A DNA stretch of 64,000 bases, taken from the NCBI RefSeq assembly GCF_964204645.1, contig NC_134031.1, forward strand, positions 13,751,807-13,815,806, given 5' to 3'. Source of the stretch: Tubulanus polymorphus. Taxonomy: Eukaryota > Animalia > Nemertea. Numbering within the stretch: the first letter of the stretch is position 1; each line of letters begins with the position of its first letter. The position numbers and the translations under genes were made by a program. Positions 13,415 through 27,500 of the stretch are shown here, one piece after another. The notes beneath the pieces are model-generated. The model was given only the letters and a program-made list of their open reading frames with translations, did not search any database and had not been told where the DNA came from.

Positions 13415-15746
13415 CGGTTCCTGAACTTCGCTGAAAAAGCTGAAACACTGAAAAGCTGAAACGCTGAAATAAAAACGCTGAAATTTCAGGGAATTTCCGA
13501 AAAACGCCGAAATTTCAGGGAATTCCCGAAAAACGCTGAAATCGTGCTAGGTACCGACAATACACGTTTTGAAATGTTTTCCGGGCCGGTGTCCGCTGAC
13601 GAGTCCTGAACCGTGTTTTATGCTCTACCTTCGGTTACAGAGACATGCCCGAAGGTCGTCGTCATGATCGATTGCGGATTGCGTGGATTGTTAGATGTGT
13701 TTTTTGCCATAGTTTTATGTGCATATACCGGTACGATCTAACAATGAAGTTATCACTTCATTTGAATAAATTCTTAATCACAGTAATATTAATTCACAAT
13801 ATTTTTTCTTATGTTTGGTGATTTCTTGCAACTTATCATTGCCAAGTCTCATACAAGTAGTAGCTGAATGAAAGTACAGTTGAAAGTACAGTTGGGTTAT
13901 CAGGCTGAACCTGATAACCCAAATTAAGTGCTAGCATGGAACTAATGATTATTTTGATTCTATTTTCGGTGTCATTGAAATTCGTTAAAGGTTCAACCGT
14001 CATAGTATACTGTACTTAGCATTGCTACAATTGGGTGCCATATTTCTACAATTTCTACAAGGAGGAAGGAATCTTTAAGTGTCTTTGTTCCCGGGTAGGG
14101 TACGGGGTAAAACCTGGTTTACTTTCTCTTTCGACTTGCCGGAGACTACTATCTGCAATGTATTGCATGCTTTGATGTGTCTGGCCTATAGGAGTCGAAC
14201 GATATTTTTTTCCCATACACAGGCATGGCTTTAGTGTAGATGAAGGCTAGGCACTGCACATTGTGGATTGACTGGAACTCTTAACTCACAAAATTAAACG
14301 AGTCAACAAGAAAGATCCAATAATTGGACATTTGTCTAACTATATTATTTAACAGCTTGAAATAATACATAACACATTCTGCAAGAGTATACAAAGGAAA
14401 TCAGTTCTTACATTATATCAGAATCAATAGTTCGCTTAACTAGAATTCTAGTATACCTTAGAATATCGCTTAGCTTAAGACTAAAAATTTGGTACCAGGA
14501 AACAGGGAAGAAAAGTGGGTGTACTGTACATCCGCAATTGACTTATTTCTCTCTGGTTGAATCAAGTTATAATTGAAATAGCATTCGAATAGCCATTTTA
14601 TTTTTAAAAATTGTGTCATTCAGCTATCCTGCTGCAAATTTCGCAGTTGAAGTTTACTGGTGCCATCTGATTTCTCAGTATCTCAAAAAATTTGCACATT
14701 CTAAGCCTGAATCTAAAAATAGAAAAAGGTGCATTTTAGTCGGATATAAAAGAATAGTGGCTAATACACCCTGGACTATATAGCCTATGGGGTGGGCCTA
14801 GTTTGAAAGCACTGAGGTCCGAGAGAACAGCACTTAGTAAATAAATACTGAAATTAAACTTACAAAACACCCAGTACTTGAGATGATGTACTTGACAAGA
14901 AGTGTCACCAGCTAAGCAAATCAACTTTGTCTATGACTCCTCCTTTTATAGATTCAGTAGTAGTCTAAAAATAAGAATCGGTACATTTTTCTAACAGTTG
15001 GTATGTCATTTCTTCAAAAAAACTAATTATTATCACGCCACAGCAAATAAATTATTCACAGTTGTTGAATGGTTAGCCCGATTTAGATTAATTGGTTGAC
15101 GCTAATCAGTATGACCCATACGTAGGGGCCTACTGCATGCCATTGGCGTCAATCCATTCCATTCCATTGTGAATTAAAAAGAAATTTAGTTAGATCCCTT
15201 TTGTCCAAAAGCTGCATCATTTATATAACTAGCTGTCAAATTTAATTTACCTCCTTCAGAGAATACCATAGTGACATAGTCCGTCGCCCATCAACGTGTT
15301 GACAAAAGAAAAGTTGCTCCATGTTTTATACATGAACGTTCAAATAAGATATTTTGCGTCTTGCAGGGAATATTGAGCATAGTGTTTAAGTTGGCTTGCA
15401 CGGATTGTGAATGGGTTTTCCTCATTATGCTGCCTGTATGCATTAAAAATCCGGATTTCAAGCGAATTAATTTGTCCAACAAGTGGCCCTCTAAAAGTAT
15501 ACTCCACACATACTGTCCATGCGTGTCTCTGTAACCGAAGGTAGAGACTAAAACACGGTTCAGGACTCGGCAGCGGACACCGGCCCGGAAAATATTTCAA
15601 AACGTGTATTGTTGGTACCTAGCACGATTTCAGCTTTTTTCGGGAATTCCCTGAAATTTCGGCGTTTTTCGGAAATTCCCTGAAATTTCAGCGTTTTTAT
15701 TTCAGCGTTTCAGTGATTCAGCTTTTTCAGCGAAGTTCAGGAACCG
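13415..15746. mobile_element. Non-autonomous Mutator/MULE-like DNA transposon (2,332 bp)
   Basis: ~230-bp TIRs (cggttcctgaacttcgctgaaaaagc...gctttttcagcgaagttcaggaaccg) flanked by perfect 9-bp TSD CCTCATTAC (13406-13414 and 15747-15755); no transposase ORF. Confidence 0.9.
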
Positions 15747-17467
15747 CCTCATTACTACGTAAATCGATTTTCTGTTATATGTCATAAAAATACCTGAATC
15801 TTTTTTCTTTCTCTTAAAATGCATAAATCAGAAAGGAATCTTTTTTCTCAGGGCGCTTCCGTACTAATCATCAGACGCAATCCTCGAAAGTTTTACTGTA
15901 TGTTTAAAATTATGAGAGTGGTTTTATATAAGGAAAATAGTAACGCAACGTTTGCTAATAACTTGAAATAAATCGACAAATCAATTTGAGAACGTAATTT
16001 CACCCGGGTAAAGCATTGGTTAACGGGAAAATACTTTTGATTCGTTCGAAATCAATGTGTGCTGAAACAACAGAGCTTTGGACATAACTGGTGTCCGTGT
16101 ACCGTCTTGATTTATTGCCAGTTTGAGTTTGCCTGATGAAAGCATACGTTTATATTGAGATTTGATGGCTGCAAAGAACATAAGCCGCGAAGAAGGGTGT
16201 ACACAACAATATTGATCCACAGCTAGATTTTCGTAGTATTTGAAAATGTTTCGTAGTATTTAGAAATGTTCTTAATGTTGTTTCCGTATGCGTGGGGGTT
16301 ACGTTAAAGCCGTCAGACAAGAACGTACTAGTAGTAAGAATTACGAAAGTTCTTGTTTGATGCTTTCATCTACCAACGCAAACCATAAATCAGTCTATAA
16401 ACAACAATTCTTTCTCGGTTCTTCTGCTGTGAGATCTGGCAAACATTCAGAAAATCTTTATATAAAACTTTTAAATAGTTCGAACCATATTTGGTTGGGT
16501 CGGAACAATGGAGTGTATTTATAATGAGGCTCGTGAAGGGATCACGCTGATACTTGATGATATTCCCGGCTACTTTCCGTAAAAGGAAAAACCGGAAACT
16601 AGGAAGATGTGGTTGTTTTGCTTATCCTATATTAAAATAGAATTAGTTAAATTGTAGATAGAATAATTAGTATAAGTATTTCAAATAATTTAAGAATTGA
16701 TAATCAATCACAATGTATTCCGAATCGTAGTTAATTATAATAATTAAAAAAGAAACAATGAATTTGTACTGTAATTAGAAAAGAAAACAAAGTTTTGAAA
16801 AGATATTTAATTTGAGTAATCTAGATGTTGTTTAAGAACAAATTGTTAATAATCGCTAATGTTTTAGAAAAATTAATTTGTGTTAAATGTTAAAACTAGC
16901 TGTCTGAAGTTCTGTTGTCTGTATGCGCTCGTTGGTAATTCACAGACAATAGCTGCTCTCTCAACAACGACTAGCAAGGAGTGAGTAAATCACAACGCGT
17001 CATGACAGGAGGGTTGGAAGAAAAAGTTTATATCAGCAAATCAGTTTCTAAAAAACCTTTAGATCAGCAAATCAGTAGGGCTAAATTTTCCGTAACTAAA
17101 AACGGTCATGACAGTTGGGTAGCTGCTCCTTGCCAAAAAGCGGAAGACCCTGCGTGGGAGAATCGGAATTCTGAGAATGCCGGTTCTTTCTACAAAAGGG
17201 GGCCGCTATCGAGAGAGAGGAGAGAATCTGTACCTTAGTAAGACGAGTGTCGACAGCAGGACAGGAGAAGCTTCGGAACGATAGGGATTCATATACAATA
17301 GGGATTAGGAAAATCATTCTTTGTTCCAGGTAAATAAAATATATTATCTTCAATATTATCATCCGGTATTTCAATTTATTCATTCGGATTTGTGCACGGA
17401 CACGTTCTCTCGCCAGGGCCTTACTCAAGTATTTTATAGATAACGATTAAAGAGAGGATTGTGACCG

Positions 17468-18622
17468 GTGTATCAATATGACGAATGGTCTGTTCGGTTC
17501 TATATCAATGTCTTCGTACTGCCGCCGATTATGGCAGCGGGTTGGGCGATGAACTGTCTCGTAGTCGCCACCTTAATTCGGCTGAAATCTACTCACCCGT
17601 CGATTCGTTTGGCTGATGCAGATATGGGTGATCTATTTGGACATTTTCTTGCCGATACTTTACGATATGTGTTGTTTTATATTTACTATGGTGATTTCGT
17701 ATTCATCGACCCCTTCCACATTTACCCTAAAATGTACATCTATGGCACAATTCAAATTCGCAATGGATTTATGAATATTCGTAACTGGTTGACAGTTTTT
17801 ATACAATTTGAACGATTCATAACGATTTTAGGCTAAAAAAAATTGATACCTTGTTTCTCCGCTCTGCTGAGCTTAAATGTTGACCCGGCCGGCCGCCTAT
17901 CTACCCTGTACATTACTTTTTTAAAAATCGTGATCAATTTTACCATAACAGACCCGGCCGCTATAGAAATGAACTGTTTACAAATTGTATCATATTTTAC
18001 AAAAATGACCCGGCCGCTGCGAAACAAGGTATCATTTTTGTTTAGCCTTATTTCCACTAAAGGCGGGTCGATTTTGGACTAAAACTCGTATGAATCGCAT
18101 AATTTTCTCTTATTCTTCGTGTGCCTTTTTGTGGTATATTTACTATCCTATAACTTTAGAGGTAGAAAATTACATGGACCCTTGTCATGGGTTGAACAAT
18201 CGACTTGTGAGAAGATATCCCAAGGAATATGTTACATTGAACAAACTGTTAGATCCTATCATCAGACTGGTTGTTCCTGCTTTGCTAATTCTTATTGTAA
18301 ATACATGTCTTATTTTGACTCTTTATATCAAATTCAAACAGCGGAATGAATTATCGACCACACAAAAACAAGTGAGTGTCGGTGACTCTAAGGCAACGCG
18401 TATGGTGATAGCTATGAGCATAATCTTTCTGATTATGGAACTGCCTGGGACATTTTCGAAGCTGAGGTCATACATTAGCCCAAATTCTGTAATATGGGAG
18501 AAAGCAATGGATATTGCTTACGTAACAAGTGACTTAAATTCATGTTTTAATTTATTCTTTATTGTGCAGTTAATAAACAATTTTTACAGACTTTACGACG
18601 AATTTTGATCGCCTGTACTTGA
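17468..18622 (+). pseudogene. Intronless class A GPCR pseudogene (peptide/FMRFamide-receptor-like chemoreceptor type)
   Basis: TM1 GWAMN; TM3 ERFITIL|FPL split by a MITE; TM5 VVPALLILIVN; TM6 KATRMVIAMSIIFLIMELP; TM7 NSCFN followed by a frameshift (other frame gives YCAVNKQFLQTLRRIL); shortened TM2; no clean start. Confidence 0.85.
17831..18047. mobile_element. MITE with TTA TSD (Zator- or PIF/Harbinger-like) inside the GPCR CDS
   Basis: TIRs ggctaaaaaaaattgataccttgtttc / gaaacaaggtatcatttttgtttagcc; TTA on both sides. Confidence 0.9.
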
Positions 18623-19139
18623 ATCGAAGCTTTTTTGCTTATTCTGCAATTTATATGGTTTCAGATCAGACCTAGACCCATAGTAATGTCAAATCAATTG
18701 GTTTACCTCAGAGTTAGGGTCGTGAAACCGAGTCACAGATTAAAGTAGTTAAGTTGAAGATTAATTATTATCAAAACTATCAAATAATCGGTCCTATTAA
18801 TAAGACATGTACTTATCCAGCAATTTGCTGACATAATAAACCAGTCTAAGTCTTTAGTCGCTAAAAAGTATAACAACATAACAGCTTAAGAGTAAGCTTA
18901 TCATCCACAGCATAACTCGACTGGAAGTTCTGTAAAAACTAATTCTCAGTTTTTTGAAAATTTAGACAAACATGAATTTCCACCCACAGCTATGTTTCTA
19001 TTTCATTATATGATTTTTATCAAAGACAGTCTGCTTATTGAGATGCAACATTTTCCACAGGAGGCATGTCGAAAATCTAAAATTAATACGACGGTACATC
19101 CGGCCGGTACCGGCGTAGCCCTAAACGTGGTACCGTAGC

Positions 19140-19983
19140 CAGGGGCGGATCCAGACCGTATTAGCCGTATTGCCCAATACGGTCTAGAATTTTTAAGTGC
19201 CCATCGAAATTTCACCGGCAATATTTTTGACGGCATTATTTCAGCAACCGCTAATTCCGTGTCCGTAATCCGGGCATAATTATAAAATTAATCGGTAACA
19301 TACTGCTGCCGAGAAAGTGAGGAGAGATAATCATATTTGTAAAGCCTTTAATCATGATAAATTAAATAGGGCACTCTCCTTTTGCAAGGGGCACTCATGC
19401 TTTAGATGAGGGCACCTTGTCCTTGCCTTTTCAGGGAGGGCTAAAGGGGCACTCGTACTTTAGAAGAGGGCACTATACGCGGAAAATCTTGAAGAAAAGG
19501 GCACTTTTTTGCCTAATTTTTAAAATTTTAGGGGCACTTTTGGTTTGAAAGATGGCACACGACATGAGGATAAATGTGAAGACGAGGCAATTTTTGCCGA
19601 TTGTTAACAATGAAGGGGCACTTAGCCGTATTCTGTATAATTGTTAAGGGGCATTTTTAAAGATTATAGGGGCACTAGGCGAAGTTGGCGACAACCATTC
19701 TTTCATGGGTTCGCCAGCTTCATTTTTTATCCGCATCTGTTGAAATCTTGTCTCGAATTCGTTTATTCTGGATTGCTCTGCTAGCCTCTAGAAGCCCTCT
19801 TAAAGCCTTTAAATGGTACCATATTTTCAAAATTTTCTGGGGGTGGGCCCCCACACCCCCCTTTAAGAACTTCGCGCCTTCGGCGCTCGCTTTGACCTGG
19901 ATACTGGGTGTGCCCTAAGATCAGAAAGGTGCCCTTCAATTTCCTTCCAATACTGTCTACCCATCCCCCTGGATCCGCCCCTG
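19140..19983. mobile_element. Non-autonomous hAT-like element with 5-bp TSD
   Basis: 15-bp TIR caggggcggatccag; TSD GTAGC (19135-19139 and 19984-19988); many internal gggcac motifs. Confidence 0.8.
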
Positions 19984-21063
19984 GTAGCAGGGTGGATGTC
20001 GGCATCACTGGAAATCAAATGAATACTGGTTGAACTGTGACAACAGTACGGTACCGACCGTAGAATCATTTATCCTGATTCTGTGCGTAGACTAGTGACA
20101 TCCCGCCCAGCGGGCCGGTACAGAAGAGAGCGGACCACGGTGCCAGTGGGGGGACAAAAATCTCACGAGACTTTCCGAGCCGGCCAACGCCGTTGGGGTA
20201 GTAATCTAATATCTAGCCGTTCTTCCTCAAACAAGGGGAGTAACAACGTGTTGTTATAGGGGACCGCAGTAGTTTTAGGGAGGCGGGTGATGCGGGCTCG
20301 GCGTGCCTTGGCCAATTCTGCGGGTGGCTAACTAAACAGTCAGGAACACTTTCCAAAAACGGCTTATTCTGCCAATTTCGGCATTTTCCGCCAATAACGG
20401 CGGAATCAGCCATTTATGGATTACTCAGTTTTAAACTGCTTCTGCCAATTTAGCCGAAATCGACGTTTTCTGCCATTTTTGGCTTGTTCTTAAAAAACGC
20501 CATTTCCGCCGTTTTCAGCTGTTACAGTTTTTAAAACTACATCGCCAGAAATGGCGTTTTAGCTTAGATAGTTTTACAGGTGCTATTTATAGTGCTTAGT
20601 TCGATTGAAGTCCCTATTATGACATCATCGCTTTTCTGCTGGCATACATTTGTATATTTGCGCCGAAAAATTAATCTCATTGATCCATTCCAGGCTTCAA
20701 GAAAGAATTAAATATAAATGTACGGGTTTTCGATGGCAAATGTATTTGAATTCTGTTCTTTCTGTATACCTGTATTCTATGTTATAAATATATACATACA
20801 TGTATCCCAAATTGTTTCGAAAATGTTTGTTTTATTTTGAAATGAATCTAGATACAGCTGTATTGATTTTGAGTGATGTAACGTCATCGGCCACCAATTC
20901 AATCAATCACTACCCATCACAAGTCCAATTAGCTGGGAGGCATCGAAGATGTTAATTACCTTCAATTAACCAACATCATATGTAGTCCAATATATCCCTC
21001 AACCATTCTATGCTTTATTAGGCAAGGTAAGACCATGGGCAAAACTTAACACTAGATTTTTGA

Positions 21064-21576
21064 TACACTACTGTCTGTCACACCTACTCTCCGTGCGACG
21101 TTTTGGTCCTTAATTTCGTTAATAATCGGTTTATCTACCTTTATTACCATCAATTTGTTCAGTGAGGAATTTGCATTCAGAAAAAAACAACAATTTTCAC
21201 TAAAGTTGTTTTTGTTTTCATTTATCAGCGATAGTTTACTCAGCATACGCTCGCGTAATGCTGAAAAACCCGCTCCGCTGACGCTCGGAAACGTTACAGT
21301 GACGTCATCACCTGCTCATTAGCATATCAAAATACAGTAGGTGGCGCCACGTGACGGGCCATAAAAGCCGTTTTTCAGCATTACGCGAGCGTATGCTGGG
21401 TAAACTATCGCTGATAGATGAAAACACAAACAAATTTATGCCAGTTCATGTTTTATTTCTGAATGCAAATTCCTTACTGAACAAATTGATGCATAATATT
21501 TACAGATCAACCGATTATTAACGCAATTACGGATCAAAACGTCGCACGAAGAGCAGGTGTGACAGACAGTTGTTTA
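21064..21576. mobile_element. Foldback MITE, probably Tc1/mariner-like
   Basis: ~200-bp imperfect inverted arms around a ~90-bp GC-rich core; TA at both ends; right arm is also duplicated from 25182. Confidence 0.7.
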
Positions 21577-24500
21577 TACATCCATGATTGATTTGTCTTA
21601 TGAGAATGATAAGCGCACAGCGAGCGCCGAAGGCGCGAGCTGGAAGCTCCCTAAGTTAATCGCGCGTGTGAGGCAAATTCAAATTTTCTATATTTCTCCA
21701 TACCGTCCTTTTCAAAAAGTGTAGTTTACATCCGGGACACATGGGCATTGGCTAAATCGTGGCAACGAAAATGACGGTCACGGATGGACTTTCGTCGAAA
21801 CTTGCGGGCCGCGTCGCGCGGGTAGTTTAGATACGTGAATGAAGGATAACAAAATGATTAGGTGTAATTTTCAGAATATTTACAAAGAATATTCACAAAA
21901 TAATGTCAAAAAATGTTATTTTTAGATCGTATTTCTCCGTAGAAACCGATTGGAAGACTGGATTCGAATCCCACAAAAAAACAGTCCCTTAGCAACGGGT
22001 CGAATGTTTTAGAATAACAAGCGCGCCGGTTTCACAGCATCACTAAGGGTCGAGTCCCAGAGAAAAACGCGCGCGCGCGGTCCGCGTGTTACAAAGTGAA
22101 CGTCCCGCTCCACACAAGTACTGAATAATTAACTCAAAATTTTGCCAATCCCTGGGAGTAAAATGCCGCACGTTTTTAACATATCGTATCTTTATGTGTT
22201 TTTTACTCCCGTTTTTCAAACGTTATTCCCCTTTTCCGTTTCGAGTAAAATTCGCTATAATCCGTATTTAATATACCGTTGTTCCATTAATTCCGTACCC
22301 ATGCAACCCGTTGTAATACTTAGGAACAAATCTTTAGTGTAAAACATATAAAACTATTGAAGCCATGAGATTTAATGTAGAAATCTGACGTTTTTTAACT
22401 ACAGAAAAATTTATTCTCGTGTAATCGATAAAACAATAGGCTCTCAATATGTAATCAACATTCCCAAACTTCCACGTTATTTTTCGCAGAAAATGATTTT
22501 CTTTTCTTTTTTGATCACGGGTCCCTTAATTCGCTCGAGTCATATGTTGGGTGATTTTTTTTTTGGTCACGCCACCGGGTGCCTTCCTTCAGCAAAACCT
22601 ACATTCTTTACAATGTAGAACTTGGAAACAAATTTCTTGTGTAAAACATAACTGTGAAAGCCATTCGTAGAAGATATCTGACGATACAGAAAGATTTATT
22701 CTCGTATGAAAGATAAAACAAACAAGGCTTTCAATTGTAATCAATACTCTCAAAGCATGTTTTTTTTCGCAAAAAGGAATTCCTTTTCTATACATGTATT
22801 TGATCACGGCGAATCTTCGCTCGAATAGATCTTCGACATTTTGGGTGATTTTCTTTGGCCATACCGAACACGTGCTCCCGCAAAACCTATGTTTTTTTTA
22901 CAACGCAGAATTCTATATAAGTTGCCGAAAGGGCACTCGCCTCTATTTAAATCAATAAAACTCTGGCTGTGCGCTTCACCAAGTTTCGACTTTGACATAT
23001 TAATTATAATGATAATTTTATTTTTATTTTTAACATATAATATTTACACATCCGTTCACCTCAGCAAATTACCGGTAATTATTTTATTCCGAAAAAAAGT
23101 ACCGTGTAGACACTAGGGAAAACTTCTAAGCGGGTGGGGGAATCCTCATATACATGTATAACAAGTGGACTGCCAATAATGGCTTAATAAGCGCACAGCG
23201 AGCGCCGAAGGCGCGAGCTGGAAGCTCCTTAAGTTAATCGCGCGTGTGACGCAAATTCAAATTTTCTATATTTCTCCATACCGTCCTTCTCAAAAAGTGT
23301 AGTTTACATCCGGGACACATGGGCATTGGCTAAATCGTGGCGACGAAAATGACGGTCACGGACGGACTTTCGTCGAAACATGCGGGCCGCGTCGCGCGGG
23401 TAGTTTAAATACGTGAATGAAGGATAACAAAATAATTTTCAGAATATTTACAAAGAATATTCACAAAATATTGTCAAAAAATGTTATTTTAAGTTCGTAT
23501 TTCTCCGTAGAAACCGATTGGAAGACTGGATTCGAATCCCACAAAAAGCACAGTCCATTAGCAACGGGTCGAATTTTTTTAGAATAACAAGAGCGCCGGT
23601 TTCACAGCATCACTAAGGGTCTAGTCCCGGAGAATAACGCGCGCGCGGTCCGCGTGTTACAAAATGAACGTCCCGCTCCACACAAGTACTGAATAATTAA
23701 CTCAAAATTTTGCCAATCCCTGGGAGTAAAATGCCGTGCGTTTTTTAACATATCGTATCTTTATGGGTTTTTTACTCCCGTTTTTCAAACGTTATTCCCC
23801 TATTCCGTTTCGAGTAAAATTCGCTATAATCCGTACTTAAAATACCGTTGTTCCATTAATTCCGTACCCATGCAACCCGTTGTAATACTTAGGAACAAAT
23901 CTTTAGTGTAAAACATATCAAACTATTGAAGCCATGAGATTTAATGTAGAAATCTGACGTTTTTAAACTACAGAAAAATTTATTTTCGTATAATCGATAA
24001 AACAATAGGCTCCACAATATGTAATCAAAATTCCCAAACTCCCACGTTGTTTTTCGCAGAAAATGATTTTTTTCTTTTTTAATCTTCAAATTTCTTGTGT
24101 AAAACATATAAAACTGTTAAAGCCGTTCGTAGAACATATCTGACGATACAGGAAGATTTATTGTCGTAAAACAAACAAGGCTTTCAATTTGTAATCAATA
24201 CTCCCAAAGCATGTTTTTTTTCGCAAAAATGAATTCCTTTTCTATACACGTATTTGATCACGGCGAATCTTCGCTTGAATAGATCTTCGACATTTTGGGT
24301 GATTTTCTTTGCCACGGACCTCGCCGAACACAGGTGCCCCCGCAAAACCTATTTTTTTTACAATGTAGAATTCTGTATAAGTTTGCCGAAAGGGCACTCG
24401 CCTCTATTTATTCATTAAAACTTAAGACTGGCTGTGCGCTTCACCAAGTTTCGACTTCGACATATTAAGCGCACAGCGAGCGCCGAAGGCGCGAGCTGGA

Positions 24501-27500
24501 AGCTCCTTAAGTTAATCGCGCGTATGAGGCAAATTCAAATTTTCTATATTTCTCCATACCGTCCTTCTCAAAAAGTGTAGTTTACATCCGGGACACATGG
24601 GCATTGGCTAAATCGTGGCGACGAAAATGACGGTCACGGACGGACTTTCGTCGAAACTTGCGGGCCGCGTCGCGCGGGTAGTTTAAATACGTGAATGAAG
24701 GATAAAAAAATGATTTCGTGTAATTTTCAGAATATTTACAAAGAATATTCACAAAATAGTGTCAAAAAATATTATTTTTAGTTCGTATTCCTCCGTAGAA
24801 ACCGATTGCAAGACTGGATTCCAATCCCACGAAAAGCACAGTCCCTTAGCAACGGGTCGAATTTTTTAGAATAACAAGCGCGCCGGTTTCACAGCATCAC
24901 TAAGGGTCGAGTCCCGGAGAATAAAGCGCGCGTGCGGTCCGCGTGTTACAAAATGACCGACCCGCCCCACACAAGTACCAAATAATTAACTCAAAATTTT
25001 GCCAATCCCTGGGAGTAAAATGCCTCGATTTTTTAACATATCTTATCTTTATGTGTCTTTTACTCCCGTTTTTCAAACGTTATCCCCTTTTCCGTTTTGA
25101 GTAAAATTCGTATACGCTATAATCCGTATTTAATATACCGTTGTTCCATTAATTCCGTACCCATGCAACCCGTTGTAATACTAAAAGCCGTTTTTCAGCA
25201 TTACGCGAGCGTATGCTGGGTAAACTATCGCTGATAGATGAAAACACAAACAAATTTATGCCAGTTCATGTTTTATTTCTGAATGCAAATTCCTTACTGA
25301 ACAAATTGATGCATAATATTTACAGATCAACCGATTATTAACGCAATTACGGATCAAAACGTCGCACGAAGAGCAGGTGTGACAGACAGTTGTTTATACA
25401 TCCATGATTGATTTGTCTTATGAGAATGATAAGCGCACAGCGAGCGCCGAAGGCGCGAGCTGGAAGCTCCCTAAGTTAATCGCGCGTGTGAGGCAAATTC
25501 AAATTTTCTATATTTCTCCATACCGTCCTTTTCAAAAAGTGTAGTTTACATCCGGGACACATGGGCATTGGCTAAATCGTGGCAACGAAAATGACGGTCA
25601 CGGATGGACTTTCGTCGAAACTTGCGGGCCGCGTCGCGCGGGTAGTTTAGATACGTGAATGAAGGATAACAAAATGATTAGGTGTAATTTTCAGAATATT
25701 TACAAAGAATATTCACAAAATAATGTCAAAAAATGTTATTTTTAGATCGTATTTCTCCGTAGAAACCGATTGGAAGACTGGATTCGAATCCCACAAAAAA
25801 ACAGTCCCTTAGCAACGGGTCGAATGTTTTAGAATAACAAGCGCGCCGGTTTCACAGCATCACTAAGGGTCGAGTCCCAGAGAAAAACGCGCGCGCGCGG
25901 TCCGCGTGTTACAAAGTGAACGTCCCGCTCCACACAAGTACTGAATAATTAACTCAAAATTTTGCCAATCCCTGGGAGTAAAATGCCGCACGTTTTTAAC
26001 ATATCGTATCTTTATGTGTTTTTTACTCCCGTTTTTCAAACGTTATTCCCCTTTTCCGTTTCGAGTAAAATTCGCTATAATCCGTATTTAATATACCGTT
26101 GTTCCATTAATTCCGTACCCATGCAACCCGTTGTAATACTTAGGAACAAATCTTTAGTGTAAAACATATAAAACTATTGAAGCCATGAGATTTAATGTAG
26201 AAATCTGACGTTTTTTAACTACAGAAAAATTTATTCTCGTGTAATCGATAAAACAATAGGCTCTCAATATGTAATCAACATTCCCAAACTTCCACGTTAT
26301 TTTTCGCAGAAAATGATTTTCTTTTCTTTTTTGATCACGGGTCCCTTAATTCGCTCGAGTCATATGTTGGGTGATTTTTTTTTTGGTCACGCCACCGGGT
26401 GCCTTCCTTCAGCAAAACCTACATTCTTTACAATGTAGAACTTGGAAACAAATTTCTTGTGTAAAACATAACTGTGAAAGCCATTCGTAGAAGATATCTG
26501 ACGATACAGAAAGATTTATTCTCGTATGAAAGATAAAACAAACAAGGCTTTCAATTGTAATCAATACTCTCAAAGCATGTTTTTTTTCGCAAAAAGGAAT
26601 TCCTTTTCTATACATGTATTTGATCACGGCGAATCTTCGCTCGAATAGATCTTCGACATTTTGGGTGATTTTCTTTGGCCATACCGAACACGTGCTCCCG
26701 CAAAACCTATGTTTTTTTTACAACGCAGAATTCTATATAAGTTGCCGAAAGGGCACTCGCCTCTATTTAAATCAATAAAACTCTGGCTGTGCGCTTCACC
26801 AAGTTTCGACTTTGACATATTAATTATAATGATAATTTTATTTTTATTTTTAACATATAATATTTACACATCCGTTCACCTCAGCAAATTACCGGTAATT
26901 ATTTTATTCCGAAAAAAAGTACCGTGTAGACACTAGGGAAAACTTCTAAGCGGGTGGGGGAATCCTCATATACATGTATAACAAGTGGACTGCCAATAAT
27001 GGCTTAATAAGCGCACAGCGAGCGCCGAAGGCGCGAGCTGGAAGCTCCTTAAGTTAATCGCGCGTGTGACGCAAATTCAAATTTTCTATATTTCTCCATA
27101 CCGTCCTTCTCAAAAAGTGTAGTTTACATCCGGGACACATGGGCATTGGCTAAATCGTGGCGACGAAAATGACGGTCACGGACGGACTTTCGTCGAAACA
27201 TGCGGGCCGCGTCGCGCGGGTAGTTTAAATACGTGAATGAAGGATAACAAAATAATTTTCAGAATATTTACAAAGAATATTCACAAAATATTGTCAAAAA
27301 ATGTTATTTTAAGTTCGTATTTCTCCGTAGAAACCGATTGGAAGACTGGATTCGAATCCCACAAAAAGCACAGTCCATTAGCAACGGGTCGAATTTTTTT
27401 AGAATAACAAGAGCGCCGGTTTCACAGCATCACTAAGGGTCTAGTCCCGGAGAATAACGCGCGCGCGGTCCGCGTGTTACAAAATGAACGTCCCGCTCCA

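Noticed and set aside
16525-17427. Solo LTR upstream of the GPCR
   Set aside because: Has AATAAA and possible TG..CA ends, but no TSD, PBS/PPT or second copy
21598-21608. ttatgagaatg matching the left end of the CATTATGAG element just before the first HINE
   Set aside because: Only 11 bp, lacks the terminal CA and the ccggtttgct half; may be chance
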